Shown: positions 62,205 to 64,000 of the stretch, piece by piece
Numbering within the stretch: the stretch's first letter is position 1
How the letters are laid out: the number at the start of each line of letters is the position of its first letter
Assembly (NCBI GenBank): GCA_052140285.1
Contig: JBKQUF010000006.1
Location: forward strand, 1,133-65,132
Source of the DNA: Limisphaerales bacterium
GTDB taxonomy: Bacteria; Verrucomicrobiota; Verrucomicrobiia; Limisphaerales; UBA11358
Direction of reading: 5' to 3'
DNA: 64,000 nucleotides
Program-made: the position numbers and the translations under genes
The notes under the pieces: model-generated
Database searches by the model: none
What the model was told of the DNA's origin: nothing
What the model saw: only the letters and a program-made list of their open reading frames with translations

Positions 62205-62714
62205 TTTTCGTTGTACTTGGATTTTGCCGCAGCGGGCCGCGCCCGCTGGGCCGCCGGACGACTTTCTCAACTGGCCGGTGAAAATCAATGGGAATCTTCC
62301 GCCGAAATGTGGAGCTTGGATTCTCTGATGGCTGTCAAGAGCCTTCAAAAAACGATCGCCCGAGACGCCGCCCGCGCCGACGTGCTCATCATCGCCATCA
62401 GTTCCCTCGAGTGGCGCGAACCAAAATTGACTCGATGGCTGGATTCCCTGGTTGCCCCGGAGGGACACCGACGGCATTCCGGTTTGCTGATCGGCTTGCT
62501 GGGTGACGAGAAAAGCCGGGCGTATGAGCTGGATTGGACAACGAGGCAATTTCTACGCTGCGCCCAACGGACCGACCGCGATTTCTGCTGGCGCTGGATG
62601 GATTCGGAAGCCATGACCGATGACCATTGGCTGGTGGACGGCGTGGAAGCGCTCTTGAACCGTGAAAACCTCGCGAGCGAAGCGGTCTTTTTGCAGGAAG
62701 CCATGTCGGGATAA
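62136..62714 (+). CDS. hypothetical cytoplasmic protein, unrecognised family
   Basis: About 190 aa with no TM helix or signal peptide. Shares its N-terminus 'MIKxMxTDAxxxPEMxADKxLRL' with the WcaF-like gene. Lies immediately upstream of exosortase 2. Confidence 0.55.
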   Translation: MIKPMSTDALVLPEMIADKRLRLFSLYLDFAAAGRARWAAGRLSQLAGENQWESSAEMWSLDSLMAVKSLQKTIARDAARADVLIIAISSLEWREPKLTRWLDSLVAPEGHRRHSGLLIGLLGDEKSRAYELDWTTRQFLRCAQRTDRDFCWRWMDSEAMTDDHWLVDGVEALLNRENLASEAVFLQEAMSG

Positions 62715-62882
62715 CCCGGCTTCTTTCGGAGATGAAGTTTCTGTCACATGTTCCGCCCGCCGACAATCATCAAAGGCGAGCCGCCCTATGCCGTATTCTC
62801 GGCGTCAGATTTTTCGCCGGTGATGATCGCCGGATTTGTTGATTTGAATCGGGTTTAAACCAAAATTACCGGCATTTTGCAA

Positions 62883-64000
62883 ATGTCTGAAAATCAGAGC
62901 AGTTCAGTCCATGCCCATCCGGCGGCAATGGACAACGCCAGCTTTTCCCCCAAAGCTCTTTTTGCCGGGCGGCTTTTGAATGGCTGGTCATTGGCGCTCG
63001 CCGCCCTCGCCGCATGTTGGTTGTTGCTTTTCAACGAACTACGCGGTGAATGGCAAATCAATCCACAGTACAATTACGGGTATGTCGTCCCTTTGCTCGG
63101 TATCGTGTTGCTCTGGAACCGATGGCGCGAACGTCCGTCGGCGGTGCCGGGGGCATCGGTCTTGGTTCTTTTCGTTGCGTTTGCTTTGCTCCTCTTCTTC
63201 CTGCCTTTGAACGTGGTCCTCGAGGCCAATCCGGAATGGCGTTTCGCTTATTGGGTGCATGGTGGCTTGGTTCTGACCTTGAGTTGTTGTCTGCTCTATC
63301 GCGTCGGCGGCTGGCCTTGGGTCCGATTCTTCGTGCCTCCTCTGGCGTTCATGTTGATAGCTGTGCCTTGGCCCATGGAATTTGAACAGAGCGTTATCCA
63401 AGGCTTGATGAGATGGGTGGCGGGCATGACCGTTAATGTGACCGGCTGGCTTGGCATCCCGGCAGTCCAGCACGGAAACTTGATTGAAGTGGGAACAGGC
63501 GTCGTGGGGATTGATGAAGCGTGCAGCGGGGTGCGTTCCCTGCAATCTGCCCTGATGATTTCCCTGTTTTTGGGCGAGTTGCATCGTTTCTCCGCGAGTC
63601 GCCGTGCAGGTTTGCTGGGAGCTTCCCTCATCTTCGTCATCTTCGCTAATGTTTCGCGAACTTCCTTTCTCACCTGGGCCGCCGCCACCCGCGGACTTCC
63701 CCAGATGCGGGCCTGGCACGATACCGCCGGAATTCTAGTGATGTTCATTGTCCTGCCCGGTCTGCTGGTGTTGGCGCACTGGATGAAACCGAAGACTGCC
63801 GCCGCCCCCGTAGCGGTTCAATCATTCGTCTCCACTGCCATGCCTTGTTGGGTCCCAATCTGTGTCATCGCCTGGATTGGCATTGTCGCGTTGGCGACGG
63901 AAACATGGTATCGCGCACACGAGTCAAACTTGGTGCCAACCACGCACTGGTCGGTGGCTTGGCCGGCGCAGAATCCGCATTTCAGAAAAACCGCCATCCC
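62883..64000 (+). CDS. exosortase fused to an EpsI-like domain (exosortase 2), 3'-truncated by the window end
   Basis: Absent from the ORF track because no stop falls in the window. My translation from the ATG at 62883 reads MSENQSS...'GEWQINPQYNYGYVVPLL', 'IDEACSGVRSLQ', 'ANVSRTS', 'AWHDTAG', then 'THWSVAWPAQNPHF', which parallels the EpsI junction of exosortase 1. Confidence 0.85.
   Translation, partial: MSENQSSSVHAHPAAMDNASFSPKALFAGRLLNGWSLALAALAACWLLLFNELRGEWQINPQYNYGYVVPLLGIVLLWNRWRERPSAVPGASVLVLFVAFALLLFFLPLNVVLEANPEWRFAYWVHGGLVLTLSCCLLYRVGGWPWVRFFVPPLAFMLIAVPWPMEFEQSVIQGLMRWVAGMTVNVTGWLGIPAVQHGNLIEVGTGVVGIDEACSGVRSLQSALMISLFLGELHRFSASRRAGLLGASLIFVIFANVSRTSFLTWAAATRGLPQMRAWHDTAGILVMFIVLPGLLVLAHWMKPKTAAAPVAVQSFVSTAMPCWVPICVIAWIGIVALATETWYRAHESNLVPTTHWSVAWPAQNPHFRKTAI

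Noticed and set aside
1-64000. Looked for tRNA, rRNA, tmRNA and riboswitch-like conserved cores in all intergenic gaps
   Set aside because: No T-arm-like GGTTCGAATCC-type sequences and no recognisable conserved RNA cores were seen by eye. A covariance-model scan (tRNAscan-SE or Infernal) would be needed to exclude them.

Overview
High-GC, densely coding window, probably from a PVC-group bacterium (Verrucomicrobiota-like; inference only). It is one large cell-envelope and exopolysaccharide island bracketed by two exosortase-EpsI fusion genes (1708..3279 minus; 62883..>64000 plus, not in the ORF track because it runs off the window). The left half holds three PEP-CTERM cargo genes, a NusG/RfaH-like paralog, a Wza-like exporter, two outer-membrane barrel or porin genes, RCC1, FN3, Sel1 and TPR proteins, and an IS200-type RAYT transposase with its multi-hairpin REP/MITE elements. 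It also holds a tpsB - GT-C/TPR (TMTC-like) - tpsA operon, which I rate as the most novel candidate system. The right half is a glycan assembly locus: an AraC regulator, initiating phosphoglycosyl transferase, Wzc-like kinase, beta-helix glycanase, and wzm and wzt split by a four-helix-bundle cassette. About a dozen GT2, GT4, GT9-like and GT11 transferases, a Wzy-like polymerase and a WcaF-like acetyltransferase complete it. Other points of interest are a passenger domain with swapped C-terminal tags, 7-bp tandem repeats inside coding regions, an in-frame palindromic insertion, and a duplicated leader plus N-terminus. No tRNA, rRNA or CRISPR was seen. All calls rest on reading motifs by eye; no searches were run.
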